From Bacteroidales bacterium (GTDB lineage Bacteria > Bacteroidota > Bacteroidia > Bacteroidales > VadinHA17), in the NCBI GenBank assembly GCA_035297425.1, contig DATGYZ010000031.1:130776-194775 (forward strand): a stretch of DNA of 64,000 bases, in the 5' to 3' direction. Below are positions 30,233-41,808 of this stretch, piece by piece; within the stretch, counting starts at the first letter, position 1; each line of letters starts with the position of its first letter. Below the pieces are notes generated by a model. That model was not told where the DNA came from and made no database searches. It was given only the letters and a program-made list of their open reading frames with translations. The position numbers and the translations under genes are program-made.

Positions 30233-30555
30233 TACTTGATCTCCTCTCCTGATTTTTTAGAATATCGCACCAATTTATTTTTATCATTAAGTTTTCTACC
30301 GATACGGGTTGGTTTTCCTGAAGCCGGATCGATAAGCATGAGGTTTGAAACATGAACCGCTGCCTCCTTCTTAAGGATACCTCCCTGGGGAGCTTTGGCA
30401 TTTGGTTTTGTATGTTTTGAAACCATGTTCACTCCTTCAACAATAGCTCTTTCTTTCTGTCTGTTAACTTCCAGAACCCGGCCTTTCTGACCTTTTGACT
30501 CGCCGGTTATAACCATAACCGTATCACCTTTTTTAATATGCGTCTTCTTCTGCAT
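30232..30555 (-). CDS. rplX: 50S ribosomal protein L24
   Basis: KOW motif [20 protein letters not shown]. Confidence 0.95.
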   Translation of the reverse strand: MQKKTHIKKGDTVMVITGESKGQKGRVLEVNRQKERAIVEGVNMVSKHTKPNAKAPQGGILKKEAAVHVSNLMLIDPASGKPTRIGRKLNDKNKLVRYSKKSGEEIK

Positions 30556-30573
30556 CGTTGTGTATTTAATATG

Positions 30574-30939
30574 TTACAACACTTCAGGTGCCAGTGAAAC
30601 AATCTTCATGTATTTATCACGCAGCTCCCTGGCAACCGGGCCGAAAATACGTGTACCACGTACTTCGTTCACATTGTTCAGAAGTACTACTGCATTATCA
30701 TCGAACCTTATATATGAACCATCTGCGCGACGGATCTCTTTTGTGGTCCTTACAACTACTGCCTTGCTGACAGTACCTTTTTTTGCTTCACCTGAAGGAA
30801 GTGCGGATTTCACACTTACGACAATTTTATCACCTACCGTAGCATATCTTTTTTTGCTACCACCAAGAACCCTGATGCAGAGTACTTCCTTTGCACCTGA
30901 GTTATCGGCTACTGACAATCTGCTTTCCTGCTGTATCAT
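30574..30939 (-). CDS. rplN: 50S ribosomal protein L14
   Basis: [27 protein letters not shown]... Confidence 0.95.
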   Translation of the reverse strand: MIQQESRLSVADNSGAKEVLCIRVLGGSKKRYATVGDKIVVSVKSALPSGEAKKGTVSKAVVVRTTKEIRRADGSYIRFDDNAVVLLNNVNEVRGTRIFGPVARELRDKYMKIVSLAPEVL

Positions 30940-30941
30940 GA

Positions 30942-31196
30942 TTACTTAGCTCTTTCAATAATTTCAACTAGTCTCCAGGATTTATTTTTGCTCAGAGGCC
31001 TGGTTTCTGATATGCGGACAGTATCGCCGACATTACATGAATTTTCTTCATCGTGCGCCATCAGCTTTTTTGTCTTATTTATGAATTTGCCATATATGGG
31101 ATGTTCCACTTTTCTTTTTATGGCAACAACGATCGACTTGTTCATGCCTGCGCTGACAACAACCCCGATACGTTCTTTTCTAAGATTTCTTTCCAT
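30942..31196 (-). CDS. rpsQ: 30S ribosomal protein S17
   Basis: S17 OB-fold sequence. Confidence 0.95.
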   Translation of the reverse strand: MERNLRKERIGVVVSAGMNKSIVVAIKRKVEHPIYGKFINKTKKLMAHDEENSCNVGDTVRISETRPLSKNKSWRLVEIIERAK

Positions 31197-31209
31197 TTTG
31201 CTTTCCGGC

Positions 31210-31413
31210 TTATTTTGATTTCTCGTTCATTTCTCTTTTACGCAGTTCTGTCAGCAGTCGTGCAATCGTTGTTTTTGTCTGTTTAATCTTTAATGGATTA
31301 TCCAGTGGTGTGATTGCATGATTTAGCTTCATGCGGACCAGCATAGTCTTTTCCGTGTCGATCCTTTCAATAAGATCTGATGTGCTTAGTTCCCTTATTT
31401 CTGAAGTTTTCAT
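31210..31413 (-). CDS. rpmC: 50S ribosomal protein L29
   Basis: L29 sequence ([14 protein letters not shown]...). Confidence 0.95.
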   Translation of the reverse strand: MKTSEIRELSTSDLIERIDTEKTMLVRMKLNHAITPLDNPLKIKQTKTTIARLLTELRKREMNEKSK

Positions 31414-31425
31414 CTCTCTCTGATA

Positions 31426-31848
31426 TTATTCCTGTACGTAATCGCGTCTTACAACAAATTTGGTTGTAACCGGCAGTTTTTGTGCTCCCAGACGAAGGGC
31501 TTCTTTTGCTACTTCATAAGGTACTCCTTCAGCCTCAAGAATTATTCTTCCCGGTGTTACTGGTACAACAAATCCTTCAGGTGCTCCTTTACCTTTACCC
31601 ATACGGACTTCAGCCGGTTTCTTTGTTATGGGTTTATCGGGGAATACCCTGATCCACAGCTGACCTTCACGTTTCATATGACGTGTAACCGCCTGACGGG
31701 CTGCTTCGATCTGCCTTCCGGTGATCCACTGTTCCTCCAGTACTTTGATTCCAAATGACCCGAATGCCAGCTGGTTGCCTCTCTGAGCATTGCCCTTCAT
31801 TCTTCCCTTCTGGGCTCTCCTGAATTTGGTCCTTTTCGGTTGTAACAT
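31426..31848 (-). CDS. rplP: 50S ribosomal protein L16
   Basis: [19 protein letters not shown]... Confidence 0.95.
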   Translation of the reverse strand: MLQPKRTKFRRAQKGRMKGNAQRGNQLAFGSFGIKVLEEQWITGRQIEAARQAVTRHMKREGQLWIRVFPDKPITKKPAEVRMGKGKGAPEGFVVPVTPGRIILEAEGVPYEVAKEALRLGAQKLPVTTKFVVRRDYVQE

Positions 31849-31870
31849 TGCTGTATCTTTATATAATTAA

Positions 31871-32569
31871 TTACTTCTTTGCTTTTCTCTTAAGACTCTT
31901 GTTCTTGGCATTCCTTGCACCGATGTTCGGGCTCAGATCCCTCTTACCAAAAACCTCACCGTTGCATATCCACACTTTTACACCAAGCAAACCAACTTTT
32001 GTATGAGCTTCAGCAAGTGCATAATCGATATCTGCCCTGAGTGTATGAAGTGGAATTCTTCCTTCTTTGTATGATTCACTCCTTGCCATTTCAGCTCCCC
32101 CGAGACGGCCTGATATCATTATTTTGATACCTTCTGCACCCATTCTCATTGTTGAAGCGATCGACATCTTGATAGCACGCCTGTAAGAAATTTTACCTTC
32201 AAGCTGACGGGCTATGTTGCTTGCAACTATATTGGCATCAAGCTCAGGGCGTTTTACTTCAAAGATGTTTATCTGAACTTCTTTTTTAGTGATCTTCTTG
32301 AGTTCTTCCTTCAGCTTGTCAACTTCCTGTCCGCCTTTCCCGATAATGATTCCGGGGCGTGCTGTATTGACAGTTACAGTGATAAGTTTGAGTGTTCTCT
32401 CAATAATTATCTTTGAGATGCTTGCTTTGGCAAGCCTTGCATTGAGGTATTCCCTGATTTTTGTATCTTCAACAAGCTTGCCGGAGAAATCTTTTCCACC
32501 GTACCAGTTAGAATCCCAACCTTTAATAATACCTAACCTGTTGCCAATCGGATTAACTTTTTGTCCCAT
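31871..32569 (-). CDS. rpsC: 30S ribosomal protein S3
   Basis: [14 protein letters not shown]... KH domain plus S3 C-terminal domain. Confidence 0.95.
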   Translation of the reverse strand: MGQKVNPIGNRLGIIKGWDSNWYGGKDFSGKLVEDTKIREYLNARLAKASISKIIIERTLKLITVTVNTARPGIIIGKGGQEVDKLKEELKKITKKEVQINIFEVKRPELDANIVASNIARQLEGKISYRRAIKMSIASTMRMGAEGIKIMISGRLGGAEMARSESYKEGRIPLHTLRADIDYALAEAHTKVGLLGVKVWICNGEVFGKRDLSPNIGARNAKNKSLKRKAKK

Positions 32570-32574
32570 CTATA

Positions 32575-33000
32575 TTAGTTTGATGATGTTGATTCAACTT
32601 CTTCATTATTGATACTGTCAAGCACGAGAGTTACATGATTTGATCTTTTCCTGACCCTGTAAGCTCTTCCCTGAGGTGCAGTCTGCAATCTTTTCAATGC
32701 ACGTCCGCTATCAACATGGACCAGTTTTACATAAAGGTTGCTGTCTTCTATTCTTACCCCTTCATTCTTTGCCTGCCAGTTTGATATTGCAGACAGAAGA
32801 AGTTTCTCAAGCCTTCTCGAAGCATCCTGTGAGCTGTATTTAAGGACATCAAGAGCCCTGTTTACGTCCATTCCGCTTATCAGGTCTGTGAGAAGCCTCA
32901 TTTTTCGTGGCGATGTCGGACAGTTTCTCAGGATAGCCTGGTATCTTCCTTTGGCGGCTTCCTTTCTCTGCTCAGCTGTATTTCTTTTTCTTGCACCCAT
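32575..33000 (-). CDS. rplV: 50S ribosomal protein L22
   Basis: L22 core sequence. Located between rpsS and rpsC. Confidence 0.95.
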   Translation of the reverse strand: MGARKRNTAEQRKEAAKGRYQAILRNCPTSPRKMRLLTDLISGMDVNRALDVLKYSSQDASRRLEKLLLSAISNWQAKNEGVRIEDSNLYVKLVHVDSGRALKRLQTAPQGRAYRVRKRSNHVTLVLDSINNEEVESTSSN

Positions 33001-33115
33001 TGTTCTTTGTCTTTGTATCTTGGTGTCGTGTGTCTTTGCGTCTGTGTGTCCTTGTGTCTTTTGTCCTGGTCATTCAAACCCTCCGGACTCCTGACTCCGG
33101 GCACCCGGACATTAA
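33001..33115. repeat. 115-bp low-complexity spacer with ~8-nt periodic GTC/GAC motifs between rpsS and rplV
   Basis: GTC (one ATC) recurs at offsets 9,17,25,32,40,48,56,63,69 of the spacer. These are followed by GGACTCC / TGACTCC / GCACCC / GGAC units on the same strand, giving an inverted arrangement. Confidence 0.8.
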
Positions 33116-33379
33116 TTATTTATTACCTGAGTGACCCCTGAATGTGCGGGTTGGTGAAAACTCTCCCAGCTTATGGCCTACCATATTTTCAGTAATGTAA
33201 ACAGGTATGAATTTATTGCCGTTATGAACTGCTATAGTATGACCTACAAAATCAGGAGAAATAACCGATCTCCTTGACCAGGTCTTGATAACTGATTTCT
33301 TCTGTCCTTCATTCATCCCAAGAACTCTCTTCTCAAGTTTAAAATCAATGAAAGGGCCTTTTTTAATGGATCTGCTCAT
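33116..33379 (-). CDS. rpsS: 30S ribosomal protein S19
   Basis: [19 protein letters not shown]... Confidence 0.95.
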   Translation of the reverse strand: MSRSIKKGPFIDFKLEKRVLGMNEGQKKSVIKTWSRRSVISPDFVGHTIAVHNGNKFIPVYITENMVGHKLGEFSPTRTFRGHSGNK

Positions 33380-33386
33380 AGTTCAG

Positions 33387-34211
33387 TTATTTTTTCCTTC
33401 TTTCGATTATATGTTTTGCAGAATATTTCTTCTTGTCTCTTGTCTTGAAACCTTTGGCAGGAATGCCTTTGCGTGATCTTGGGTGACCACCGGAAGCTCT
33501 ACCTTCGCCACCACCCATAGGATGATCGACGGGGTTCATAACAACACCACGAACGCGTGGTCTGCGGCCCTGCCAGCGTGAACGGCCTGCCTTACCTGAT
33601 CTCTCGAGGTTATGGTCTGCATTTGAGACCGTACCGATTGTTGCGCGGCAGGTTGTAAGTACCAGCCTTGTTTCCCCTGAAGGAAGTTTAATTGTAGCAT
33701 ACTTACCATCGCGAGCAGAAAGCTGCGCGTATGTACCTGCACTGCGTGCAAGTGCCGCACCTTTACCAGGTTTGAGCTCTATACAATGAATAATGGTACC
33801 GAGTGGAATATCGCTGAGGAAAAGAGTGTTCCCGATTTCAGGAGCAGTATCTTTTCCGGAAGATATTACATGACCAACCTCCAGTCCTGCAGGTGCAACG
33901 ATGTATCTTTTTTCTCCATCCTGGTATGTTACCAGTGCAATCCTCGAGGAACGGTTTGGATCGTATTCAATCGACTTTACAGTCGCGGTGATACCATCCT
34001 TATTCCTGAGGAAATCAACAACTCTGTACATCTTCTTATGTCCGCCGCCGATGTACCTCATAGTCCTGTGGCCGTTAACATTCCTTCCTCCGGTTTTTCT
34101 CAGCGGGCGAAGCAAGGATTTCTCCGGCGTGTCACTTGTGATATTATCAAAAGTGCTAGCGATCTTGTGTCGCTGACCTGGTGTTACAGGTTTGATCTTT
34201 CTGACTGCCAT
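33387..34211 (-). CDS. rplB: 50S ribosomal protein L2
   Basis: L2 sequence including the GGGEGR and [11 protein letters not shown] motifs. Confidence 0.95.
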   Translation of the reverse strand: MAVRKIKPVTPGQRHKIASTFDNITSDTPEKSLLRPLRKTGGRNVNGHRTMRYIGGGHKKMYRVVDFLRNKDGITATVKSIEYDPNRSSRIALVTYQDGEKRYIVAPAGLEVGHVISSGKDTAPEIGNTLFLSDIPLGTIIHCIELKPGKGAALARSAGTYAQLSARDGKYATIKLPSGETRLVLTTCRATIGTVSNADHNLERSGKAGRSRWQGRRPRVRGVVMNPVDHPMGGGEGRASGGHPRSRKGIPAKGFKTRDKKKYSAKHIIERRKK

Positions 34212-34218
34212 TTGTTAT

Positions 34219-34509
34219 TTAAATATTGCTATAGAAATCAATTTTATTCCCTTCAGCCAGTGTTACCACAGCTTTCTTTGTTGCAGCAGTTCTGCCAATA
34301 AGAAGCCCCGATTTTGTATTGCGGGCTTTTACTTTTCCACCGTAACGCAATGTATTTACCGAATCAACTGTAACGCTGTACAGCTCTTCCACTGCTTTCT
34401 TAATCTGCAGTTTGTTTGCGTTCCTGTCGACAATGAAACCATAGCGGTTATGCTTGTCGCCCTGGGCTGTCATTTTTTCCGTTACAATCGGTCTGAGCAA
34501 AATATTCAT
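34219..34509 (-). CDS. rplW: 50S ribosomal protein L23
   Basis: L23 sequence (LRPIVTEKMT...). Confidence 0.95.
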   Translation of the reverse strand: MNILLRPIVTEKMTAQGDKHNRYGFIVDRNANKLQIKKAVEELYSVTVDSVNTLRYGGKVKARNTKSGLLIGRTAATKKAVVTLAEGNKIDFYSNI

Positions 34510-34615
34510 GTGTAATGTTTTTTATTTTTTTTTGTCCACATGGAACATCCATGAATTTATATTCTTCAATATCAGTTTCTTCATCATGAATGTTACATTC
34601 CAGTTTTTCAGTTTT

Positions 34616-35254
34616 TCAGTCTTCTACTTTTTCAAACGTTGCCTGTAAAACGTCAACTGCGCTCTCCACAAGTATCAGTTTTGAAGCCTTCATAATCTTG
34701 TAAGTGTTTAGCTCTGCGGCAGTTACGACTTCAACCCCTGGTACATTTCGGGATGACAAATATATGTTATTATTTTGTTCCGGTAAAACAAATAAAGAAT
34801 TTTTCTTACCAAAATTAAGGTTATTGCCTATTTTGATGATCTCCTTTGTTTTCGGTGATTCAAGAGAAAAGTCTTCAAGAACAATTATACTGTTTGCAGA
34901 AGCCTTATAAGACAAGGCTGATTTCCTTGCAAGCTGTTTAACTTTCTTATTCAGCTTGAAGCCATAGAATCTGGGTTTCGGGCCGAATATACGGCCACCA
35001 CCCCTGTACAGAGGGTTCCTGATGTTACCTGCACGTGCTGTACCTGTACCTTTCTGCTTTTTGATCTTCCGTGTACTGCCGGCTACTTCACCACGTTCCT
35101 TGGCTTTATGTGTACCCTGTCTCTGGTTGGCCAGAAACTGTTTGGTATCAAGGTAAATTGCGTGGTCGTTTGGTTCTATACCGAAAACAGAATCATTGAG
35201 ATTCACTTTTCTTCCGGTCTCCTTGCCATCTATATTAAGTATCGTTACTTCCAT
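34616..35254 (-). CDS. rplD: 50S ribosomal protein L4
   Basis: L4 sequence ([11 protein letters not shown]...). Confidence 0.95.
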   Translation of the reverse strand: MEVTILNIDGKETGRKVNLNDSVFGIEPNDHAIYLDTKQFLANQRQGTHKAKERGEVAGSTRKIKKQKGTGTARAGNIRNPLYRGGGRIFGPKPRFYGFKLNKKVKQLARKSALSYKASANSIIVLEDFSLESPKTKEIIKIGNNLNFGKKNSLFVLPEQNNNIYLSSRNVPGVEVVTAAELNTYKIMKASKLILVESAVDVLQATFEKVED

Positions 35255-35874
35255 TATTTTGAAATTATTACGTAACCACCTTTGGGACCCGGGACAGATC
35301 CTTTAACTATTAATAAATTATTCTCGGGCAAAAGCCTTACAATTTTCATATCCATCGACATGGCAAGTGTTCCGCCCATGCGGCCTGCCATTCTCATACC
35401 AGGCAATACCCTTGAAGGGAATGAAGAAGCTCCGAGTGAACCAGGATGTCTTCCCCTGTTATGCTGGCCGTGTGTCTGGCCACCAACACCACCGAAGCCA
35501 TGACGTTTTACAACACCCTGAAAGCCTCTTCCCTTGGTCCATCCCCTGACGTCAACCATTGTCTCATTGCTGAAAAGGTCTGCAGTAATAATTTCACCTT
35601 CCTTAACCTGGCCGGGCTCAAAGCCTGTAAATTCAACAACTTTCTTTTTAGGAGCTGTATTTACTTTCTTGAAATGGCCGGTTTCTGCCTTGTTCGAGTG
35701 TTTTTCCTTTTTATCTTCAAAACCAAGCTGAACAGCATCATATCCATCTTTCTCAACTGTCTTGATCTGTGTAACTACACATGGACCTGCTTGCAGTACT
35801 GTGCATGGAACATACTTGCCGTTTTCATCAAAAACGGATGTCATTCCTACCTTTTTACCAATTATACCCTGCAT
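35254..35874 (-). CDS. rplC: 50S ribosomal protein L3
   Basis: [19 protein letters not shown]... Confidence 0.95.
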   Translation of the reverse strand: MQGIIGKKVGMTSVFDENGKYVPCTVLQAGPCVVTQIKTVEKDGYDAVQLGFEDKKEKHSNKAETGHFKKVNTAPKKKVVEFTGFEPGQVKEGEIITADLFSNETMVDVRGWTKGRGFQGVVKRHGFGGVGGQTHGQHNRGRHPGSLGASSFPSRVLPGMRMAGRMGGTLAMSMDMKIVRLLPENNLLIVKGSVPGPKGGYVIISK

Positions 35875-35895
35875 TTCACTATATCTTTACTGGTT

Positions 35896-36201
35896 TCACA
35901 CTTTAATTTCTACTTCAACCCCGCTTGGCAGCTCGAGCTTCATCAGAGCATCGATAGTCTTTGGTGTTGAGCTGTAAATGTCGAGCAACCTCTTGTAAGA
36001 AGAGAGCTGGAACTGTTCCCTTGCTTTCTTGTTCACAAAGGGTGAACGGAGCACTGTGTAAATCTTTTTGTGTGTCGGAAGCGGAATTGGACCACTGACA
36101 ACCGCACCAGTAGATTTCACTGTTTTTACGATCTTCTCGGCAGACTTATCCACCAGATTATGATCATAAGATTTCAGCTTAATGCGAATTTTCTGACTCA
36201 T
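35896..36201 (-). CDS. rpsJ: 30S ribosomal protein S10
   Basis: [20 protein letters not shown]... Confidence 0.95.
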   Translation of the reverse strand: MSQKIRIKLKSYDHNLVDKSAEKIVKTVKSTGAVVSGPIPLPTHKKIYTVLRSPFVNKKAREQFQLSSYKRLLDIYSSTPKTIDALMKLELPSGVEVEIKV

Positions 36202-36203
36202 CT

Positions 36204-38306
36204 TTAAAGAATTTTTCCTTTTGTTACTTCTACAATCCTGTTTTGAATTTCTGCAGGTACCTTTTCATAATGCGAGAACTCCATTGTTGATGTTGCCCTG
36301 CCTGAGGTAAGAGTACGAAGTACTGTAACATAGCCGAATTTTTCTGCCAGAGGTACTTTAGCCTTGATTACCCTTGCGCCTGCTTTCGATTCCATACCTT
36401 CGACCTTCCCCCTTCTTCTGTTGAAATCACCAATAACATCGCCAACATACTCTTCAGGTGTGACAACTTCAGTTGACATTATCGGCTCAAGAATTACAGG
36501 ATTGCATTTGCCTGCATACTTTCTGAAGGCCTGTTTGGCTGCAATTTCAAATGAAAGAGCATCGGAGTCGACCGGATGGTACGAACCGTCTTTAACTATA
36601 ACTTTTAAACTATCGAGCGGGAACCCTGCCATAGGGCCGTTATCCATAGCTTCTTTAAATCCTTTTTCAATTGCAGGTATATATTCTTTGGGAATATGCC
36701 CGCCTTTAACATCATTTATGAACTGGAGACCACGTGTGCCATTATCGGCAGGTCCCATTTCAAAAACTATATCAGCAAATTTACCACGGCCTCCCGACTG
36801 TTTCTTAAACAGTTCACGGAACTCGCCCGTACCTGTAATTGCTTCCTTGTAGGCCACCTGGGGAGCACCCTGGTTGCACTCAACCCTGAACTCACGTTTG
36901 AGACGGTCTACAAGTATCTCGAGATGAAGTTCACCCATCCCATGAATAACAGTCTGACCACTGTCAGGATCTGTACGCACCTGGAATGTAGGATCTTCTT
37001 CTGCCAGCTTGCTGAGTGCCAGTGAAAGCTTATCAACATCAGCCTGTGTCTTTGGCTCAACTGCGATACCAATTACAGGTTCAGGAAAATCCATTGTTTC
37101 AAGAACAATAGGCTTGTTAATTGCGCAGATAGTATCGCCTGTTTTGAGATCTTTAAATCCCACACCAGCACAGATATCGCCCGCAGCAATCATATCTTTC
37201 GGATTCTGCTTGTTGGCATGCATCTGGAACAGCCTGTTGATCCTTTCCCTTTTACCGGTCCTGGTATTGAGAACTGTATCGCCTGCATTAAGTTTACCTG
37301 AGTATACTCTAATGAATACCAGCCTTCCGACAAACGGGTCGGTTGCAATTTTGAATGCAAGTCCTGCGAAAGGAGCTTCATCATCCGGGTCGCGGATAAC
37401 CTCTTCATTTGTCCGTGGATCGACACCTTTTACAGAACCTTTGTCGACAGGTGAAGGAAGATAATCAATAATGGCATCGAGTAGCCTCTGAACACCTTTA
37501 TTCTTGAATGCCGAACCGCACAGTACCGGAATAGCCAGCCCGTTAACGGCTGTCTTTCTCAATGCGGTGCGGATCTCTTCTGCTGTAAGTGATTCATGAT
37601 CCTCGAGATATCTTTCGAGGAGAGTATCATCAACACCAGCAACAGTCTCTATAAGCTTATGCCTCCATTCTTCTGCCTCATCCCGGTAGTCTTCAGGAAT
37701 TTCAACAACGTTGATCTTAACAACATTTTCCTGGTCTGCCTCATAGTAAACTGCTTTCATTTCAACAAGGTCGATTATACCTGCGAAATTTTCCTCAGCT
37801 CCTATTGGTATCTGTACAGGAACAGGGTTTGCCCCAAGTTTTTCCTGAATCTGCTGAACAACTGTTAAGAAGTCAGCGCCTGCCCTGTCCATCTTATTGA
37901 TGAAGGCAATCCTCGGCACATTATATTTATTTGCCTGTCTCCATACTGTTTCAGACTGTGGTTCAACACCGCCTACAGCACAGAATACAGCAACTGCTCC
38001 ATCAAGAACTCTCAACGATCTTTCAACCTCAACTGTAAAATCAACATGACCCGGAGTGTCGATAATATTTATCTTATAATCCTCATCACGGTGTTTCCAG
38101 TATGTTGTTGTTGCGGCAGAAGTAATAGTTATACCCCTCTCCTGCTCCTGAACCATCCAGTCCATCTGGGCATTTCCTTCATGCACTTCACCCATCCTGT
38201 GGGTACGACCGGTGAAATACAGAATACGTTCTGTAGTCGTGGTCTTACCGGCATCGATGTGAGCCATGATCCCTATGTTTCTGGTATATTTCAGGTTTTT
38301 ATCCAT
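36204..38306 (-). CDS. fusA: translation elongation factor G
   Basis: Canonical G motifs [16 protein letters not shown] and NKMD, and the domain IV tip YHPVDS. Lies between rpsG and rpsJ. Confidence 0.95.
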   Translation of the reverse strand: MDKNLKYTRNIGIMAHIDAGKTTTTERILYFTGRTHRMGEVHEGNAQMDWMVQEQERGITITSAATTTYWKHRDEDYKINIIDTPGHVDFTVEVERSLRVLDGAVAVFCAVGGVEPQSETVWRQANKYNVPRIAFINKMDRAGADFLTVVQQIQEKLGANPVPVQIPIGAEENFAGIIDLVEMKAVYYEADQENVVKINVVEIPEDYRDEAEEWRHKLIETVAGVDDTLLERYLEDHESLTAEEIRTALRKTAVNGLAIPVLCGSAFKNKGVQRLLDAIIDYLPSPVDKGSVKGVDPRTNEEVIRDPDDEAPFAGLAFKIATDPFVGRLVFIRVYSGKLNAGDTVLNTRTGKRERINRLFQMHANKQNPKDMIAAGDICAGVGFKDLKTGDTICAINKPIVLETMDFPEPVIGIAVEPKTQADVDKLSLALSKLAEEDPTFQVRTDPDSGQTVIHGMGELHLEILVDRLKREFRVECNQGAPQVAYKEAITGTGEFRELFKKQSGGRGKFADIVFEMGPADNGTRGLQFINDVKGGHIPKEYIPAIEKGFKEAMDNGPMAGFPLDSLKVIVKDGSYHPVDSDALSFEIAAKQAFRKYAGKCNPVILEPIMSTEVVTPEEYVGDVIGDFNRRRGKVEGMESKAGARVIKAKVPLAEKFGYVTVLRTLTSGRATSTMEFSHYEKVPAEIQNRIVEVTKGKIL

Positions 38307-38338
38307 CAGTCACTTTCCCTTCTGCTCTTTATCACTAA

Positions 38339-38815
38339 TTAAAATCGGAAATGTGCGAAAGCCTTGTTGGCTTCAGCCATCCTGTGTGTATCTTCTTTTT
38401 TCTTATAAGCACCGCCTTCAAGCTTATATGCTGCCATAACTTCAGCTGCAAGTTTTTCAGACATTGAATGACCTGTTCTTTTTCTTGCAAAAAGAATAAG
38501 GTTTTTCATGCTGATACTTACTTTCCTGTCAGATCTGATTTCCATCGGAACCTGGAAAGTTGCACCACCAACCCTGCGGGCCTTAACCTCAACCTGTGGA
38601 GTAACATTGTCGAGAGCCTGCTTAAAGATTTCGAGCGGTGTTTTTCCTTCGCTTTTAAATTTGTCTCCTACAATATCAAGTGAATCATAGAGAATCTTAA
38701 AGGCCAGGTTTTTCTTACCACTATACATAAGATTGTTAACAAACCTTGTTACATAAGGATCCTTGTATTTTGGATCCGGTAACAGAATCCTCTTCTTTGG
38801 TTTTGCTTTTCTCAT
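38339..38815 (-). CDS. rpsG: 30S ribosomal protein S7
   Basis: S7 sequence. Canonical str-operon position. Confidence 0.95.
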   Translation of the reverse strand: MRKAKPKKRILLPDPKYKDPYVTRFVNNLMYSGKKNLAFKILYDSLDIVGDKFKSEGKTPLEIFKQALDNVTPQVEVKARRVGGATFQVPMEIRSDRKVSISMKNLILFARKRTGHSMSEKLAAEVMAAYKLEGGAYKKKEDTHRMAEANKAFAHFRF

Positions 38816-38834
38816 TCTGTTATTCCTTTAAATG

Positions 38835-39209
38835 TTACTTCTTAGGCCTTTTAGCACCATATTTTGAACGTCTTTGTGTACGGCCATCAACACCTGATGT
38901 ATCGAGGGCACCGCGAACGAGGTGGTAACGAACTCCCGGAAGGTCTTTAACCCTGCCGCCTCTAATAAGAACAATAGAGTGCTCCTGGAGATTATGACCC
39001 TCACCCGGTATATAAGCGTTTACCTCTTTCTGATTGGTAAGCCTAACCCTGGCTACCTTCCTCATTGCTGAGTTTGGTTTCTTAGGCGTGGTCGTATAAA
39101 CACGAACACAAACTCCCCTTCTCTGAGGACATGCATCCAGAGCAGGAGCTTTACTTTTATCTACCAGTTTTTTCCTGCCTTTTCTAACTAACTGCTGAAT
39201 TGTGGGCAT
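38835..39209 (-). CDS. rpsL: 30S ribosomal protein S12
   Basis: [15 protein letters not shown]...PKKPNSA... Confidence 0.95.
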   Translation of the reverse strand: MPTIQQLVRKGRKKLVDKSKAPALDACPQRRGVCVRVYTTTPKKPNSAMRKVARVRLTNQKEVNAYIPGEGHNLQEHSIVLIRGGRVKDLPGVRYHLVRGALDTSGVDGRTQRRSKYGAKRPKK

Positions 39210-39255
39210 AAATTCTATTAATTTTAAGCTTAAATTTTTCTCAAAAAATGGTTTG

Positions 39256-39287
39256 CAAAGGTATTCTTTTAAAAATCAATTCCAAAT
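39256..39287 (-). promoter_or_regulatory. Bacteroidota-type promoter of the rpsL-led ribosomal cluster (TTTG-N19-TAccTTTG)
   Basis: The minus strand reads cataTTTGgaattgatttttaaaagaaTAccTTTGcaaacc. Both elements are perfect with 19-nt spacing, ~45 nt upstream of the rpsL ATG. Confidence 0.6.
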
Positions 39288-39624
39288 ATGTCTTATTAAA
39301 TTTTTTGAAACTGCATACCTGACCTGTCAATCACCCGTAAATAGCCAATGCCACCGGGTGGAAACAGTTTTTTAAAATATGTAATGCTTAAAAATGTAAG
39401 CCTTTCACAGGTTAACTTCCCGACCTTTCCAGTTGAAAAACGTTTTATACACTTACTCCGATGGAAAAACCGGTACTCCTGCTTTTCAAAAAACTGATGC
39501 AAAGAAAATAAAAAAAATGTAAATATCAGCGGTTTAATAAGGTGTTTTTAAAAAATTATTAATTTTGTCCGCGCAAAATGAGATTTCATAAATATATTAA
39601 GTACTTAAAATAATATCAGAAAAT

Positions 39625-41781
39625 ATGAAAACATACCAGACTGACCAGATTAAAAACATTGCTGTTCTGGGGAATTCAGGCTCAGGGAAGACGATCCTTG
39701 CTGAAGCAATGCTTTTTAATGGTGGTGTTATTGAAAGAAGGGGTACGATAGAGGCCAGGAATACCGTTTCAGACTACAGACCTATAGAGCATGAAAACGG
39801 AAACTCGATCTTCTCAACAGTACTATATACAGAGTTTCAGAATACAAAAATAAATATTCTCGATACCCCGGGTCTGGATGATTTCAGTGGCAATGTTATT
39901 TCATCTTTGTTTGTATCCGACGCTGCAGTTCTCCTTATAAATGTTCAGAACGGTGTTGAAGTTGGAACTGAAATACATTTCAGGCATACCGAAAAAAATC
40001 ACAAGCCTGTAATCTTTGTTATCAATGGTCTCGATCATGAAAAGTCAAATTTCGACAAAGCAATCGAGATGATGAGGGAGCGCCTGAGTACCGATATAGT
40101 AATTCTGCAGTATCCTGTAAATGAAGGATCGGGTTTCAATTCAATAATCGATGTTCTGAAAATGAAGATGCTCCGCTATGGCAAGGATGGCGGTAAAGCT
40201 GAAGTTGTCGATATTCCGGCAGACCAGGCAGACAGAGCTGCCGAGCTTCATTCAGCACTTGTTGAAAAGGCAGCAGAAAGCGATGAGGCACTTATGGAAC
40301 TATTTTTCTCAAATGATTCACTTTCGGAGGATGAGATCAAAAAGGGTATTGCAAAAGGAATTGCAACCAGAGGCCTTTTTCCTGTTCTCTGCACCTCCGC
40401 AAAGAATAATATAGGTGTCGACAGGCTTCTTGAATTTATTGCAGGATCAGCTCCCACGATAAAAGATATGCCGGCTATTAAGAATAATAAAGGTGCCGAA
40501 GTAAAGCCTGATGCAAATGGTCCTGCTTCTGTTTATGTATTTAAAACAGCTATTGAAGAACATATCGGTGAAGTAAACTTCTTCAGGGTATTCTCAGGCA
40601 AGATTACAGAAAACCTCGACGTTATAAACGCAAATAACGGAACCAAGGAAAGACTGTCGCAGCTTAATGTCACAGCAGGCAAGAACAGGGTAAGGGTTCC
40701 TGAAATGCATGTTGGTGATATTGGCGCATTCGTGAAGCTGAAAAACACAAGAATGGGCCATACGCTCAATGGTCCGGGTGCTGACTGGAAATTTGAAGGG
40801 ATAAACTTCCCTGAGCCTAAATACCGCACAGCTATCAAGGCACAGAGTGAAAGTGATGATGAGAAGCTTGGTGAAGCTCTCGGCAAAATACACATGGAAG
40901 ATCCAACCATTATAATAGAATATTCCAAAGAGCTTAAACAGATCATCATTCATGGCCAGGGTGAATACCACCTTAATATAATGAAATGGCATCTTGATAA
41001 TATTTACAGGATCCCTACAAACTTCTTTGCTCCCAAGATCCCATACAGGGAAACAATTACAAAAATCGCACAGGCAGATTATCGTCACAGGAAGCAATCG
41101 GGTGGTGCAGGACAATTCGGAGAGGTTCACCTTGTTATAGAGCCTTATGAAGACGGTTCAAAAGAGCTTGCAATGATAAAGATCGGCGGCAAGGAGCAGA
41201 AAATTTCGGTTCGTGATAAGGAGGAAGTTGCGCTTCCATGGGGAGGCAAGCTTATCTATTGCAACTGTATTGTCGGCGGATCAATAGATGCAAGGTTTAT
41301 GCCTGCAATCCTTAAAGGTATTATGGAGAAAATGGAAATAGGACCACTTACTGGCTCTTATGCCCGCGACATCAGGGTTTATGTTTATGACGGCAAAATG
41401 CACCCGGTCGATTCAAACGAAATATCCTTCCGTCTTGCCGGGCGTAATGCATTCAGCACTGCTTTCAAGAATGCTGGTCCCAAGATCATGGAACCTGTTT
41501 ATGATGTTGAGATTTATGTTCCTTCAGACAGGATGGGTGATGTGATCAGCGATCTTCAGGGTCGTCGTGGTATGGTTCTGGGTATGGCAAGCGAAAAACG
41601 CTTTGAAATAATCAAAGCTAAAGTTCCCCTTGCTGAAATGAACAAATATTCCACTGCTCTCAGCTCTATTACAGGAGGTCGTGCTTTCTATACAATGAAG
41701 TTCGCCGAATATAACCAGGTTCCGGGTGATGTCCAGGAATCAGTTATCAAGGCTTATTCTGAGGAGTCAGAAGAAGAATAG
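39625..41781 (+). CDS. EF-G2-like elongation factor G paralog
   Basis: Five-domain EF-G layout with divergent G motifs (GNSGSGKT, DTPGLDDF, NGLD). Domain IV tip retained (YDGKMHPVDS). Confidence 0.85.
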   Translation: MKTYQTDQIKNIAVLGNSGSGKTILAEAMLFNGGVIERRGTIEARNTVSDYRPIEHENGNSIFSTVLYTEFQNTKINILDTPGLDDFSGNVISSLFVSDAAVLLINVQNGVEVGTEIHFRHTEKNHKPVIFVINGLDHEKSNFDKAIEMMRERLSTDIVILQYPVNEGSGFNSIIDVLKMKMLRYGKDGGKAEVVDIPADQADRAAELHSALVEKAAESDEALMELFFSNDSLSEDEIKKGIAKGIATRGLFPVLCTSAKNNIGVDRLLEFIAGSAPTIKDMPAIKNNKGAEVKPDANGPASVYVFKTAIEEHIGEVNFFRVFSGKITENLDVINANNGTKERLSQLNVTAGKNRVRVPEMHVGDIGAFVKLKNTRMGHTLNGPGADWKFEGINFPEPKYRTAIKAQSESDDEKLGEALGKIHMEDPTIIIEYSKELKQIIIHGQGEYHLNIMKWHLDNIYRIPTNFFAPKIPYRETITKIAQADYRHRKQSGGAGQFGEVHLVIEPYEDGSKELAMIKIGGKEQKISVRDKEEVALPWGGKLIYCNCIVGGSIDARFMPAILKGIMEKMEIGPLTGSYARDIRVYVYDGKMHPVDSNEISFRLAGRNAFSTAFKNAGPKIMEPVYDVEIYVPSDRMGDVISDLQGRRGMVLGMASEKRFEIIKAKVPLAEMNKYSTALSSITGGRAFYTMKFAEYNQVPGDVQESVIKAYSEESEEE

Positions 41782-41808
41782 ATTACCCTACATTATATAT
41801 ATTGTGAA

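Noticed and set aside
30560-30949. 129-aa ORF antisense to rplN, and similar antisense or overlapping ORFs at 23099-23572, 33786-34301, 35446-35970 and 36364-36852
   Set aside because: All are embedded in highly conserved ribosomal or EF-G genes. They have low-complexity Ser/Leu/Phe-rich translations and no independent start context.
39296-39502. 68-aa minus-strand ORF in the rpsL / EF-G2 divergent intergenic region
   Set aside because: It lies upstream of the rpsL promoter with no promoter or conserved motif of its own, and its composition is implausible. It is likely non-coding.
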